From contig NC_042998.1 of the NCBI RefSeq assembly GCF_006345805.1, positions 123,876,001 to 123,940,000 of the forward strand: DNA of 64,000 nt, given 5' to 3'. This document shows positions 63,318 to 64,000 of this stretch, in pieces (positions within the stretch are counted from its first letter, which is position 1; each line of letters opens with the position of its first letter). The notes beneath the pieces are model-generated. The model saw only the letters and a program-made list of their open reading frames with translations. It did no database searches and was not told the DNA's origin. A program made the position numbers and the translations under genes. This DNA is from Octopus sinensis. Taxonomy: Eukaryota.

Positions 63318-64000
63318 TTATTCGATAAAGCAGGAGTGTTATAAAATTCGTTGCAAATTTTCCTCTTTATGGGTAGGTAAATGTAATACTCTTAAATCTT
63401 CATTTCAATTATAAAGGTTAACATATTCTGATACAGGAAACCGAAACTGTCAAGGATTTTTCTGCGTCGTTTCTATTATATCTCTAATATTTAATGAGTA
63501 AAATTCACATAAAATTTTATGTATTAGAATAGATTTTATTTTCATTGATATATCCACAATAAATTCTTAATATGTTTTTACATTCTCTTGACTCATTACT
63601 TTGAAGGCAGATAAAATACCTCACCAAAAATATTCCTTCTTGTATATACCTTCGTCGAGATTCTATCCGTGAGATGATATTCTGTTCTTATCGTTGTACA
63701 ATCGCCGCTTTAACATTCCCATATAATTCTATTGTCAAATTTTAAATTGGTTATTACAAACAATTATACTCTAAGAAGAAACTGCTTAGTAAGAAAGTTA
63801 CTGTGTTGAATCAAACATTTTGTAAGCAACTTGTTTGCTTTATTCGTCAAGATACAACAAAACCAGCCTAACATTTAAAGTAGAGGCCATAGTGTTGCAC
63901 CCTCCGAAGCCACCTTTCTGTCAGTTCTTTGAAGCCACGCTGGTACTAGTCGTTGCCATTCAAGGTGAATGACTTCACTGAAGCTTCAACCTACACTTGG

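Noticed and set aside
63365-63395. CTGATACAGGAAACCGAAACTGTC hammerhead-like string
   Set aside because: Two core mismatches and a poor stem I; compatible with chance.

Overview
AT-rich, microsatellite-dense animal DNA made almost entirely of transposon debris. The SINE families look like those of an octopod cephalopod (inference from recognised repeat motifs, not a database hit). I found no intact host gene, rRNA, true tRNA or CRISPR array. Recognisable elements: two R4/Dong-like (RLE) non-LTR fragments, several Penelope-like element (PLE) fragments, CR1-like and RTE LINEs, a Helitron helicase remnant, three Tc1/mariner copies (one full length, DD34D), a complete Chapaev3-like transposon with TTA target duplication, a possible LTR with primer-binding site, and many tRNA-derived SINEs. 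Main observations: (1) at least ten type-I hammerhead-ribozyme-like motifs from different PLE families, several with long AU-rich stem II inserts and repeatedly arranged as inverted (fold-back) pairs; (2) a 2.06-kb ORF1-only L1/Tx1-like element inserted with a 13-bp TSD between the A and B boxes of a tRNA-derived SINE head, with five palindromic repeats where ORF2 would be expected; (3) a very young 540-bp circularly permuted unit in tandem and inverted arrangement, resembling a retrozyme; (4) an RTE LINE ending in three C2H2 zinc fingers. All alignments and foldings were done by eye.
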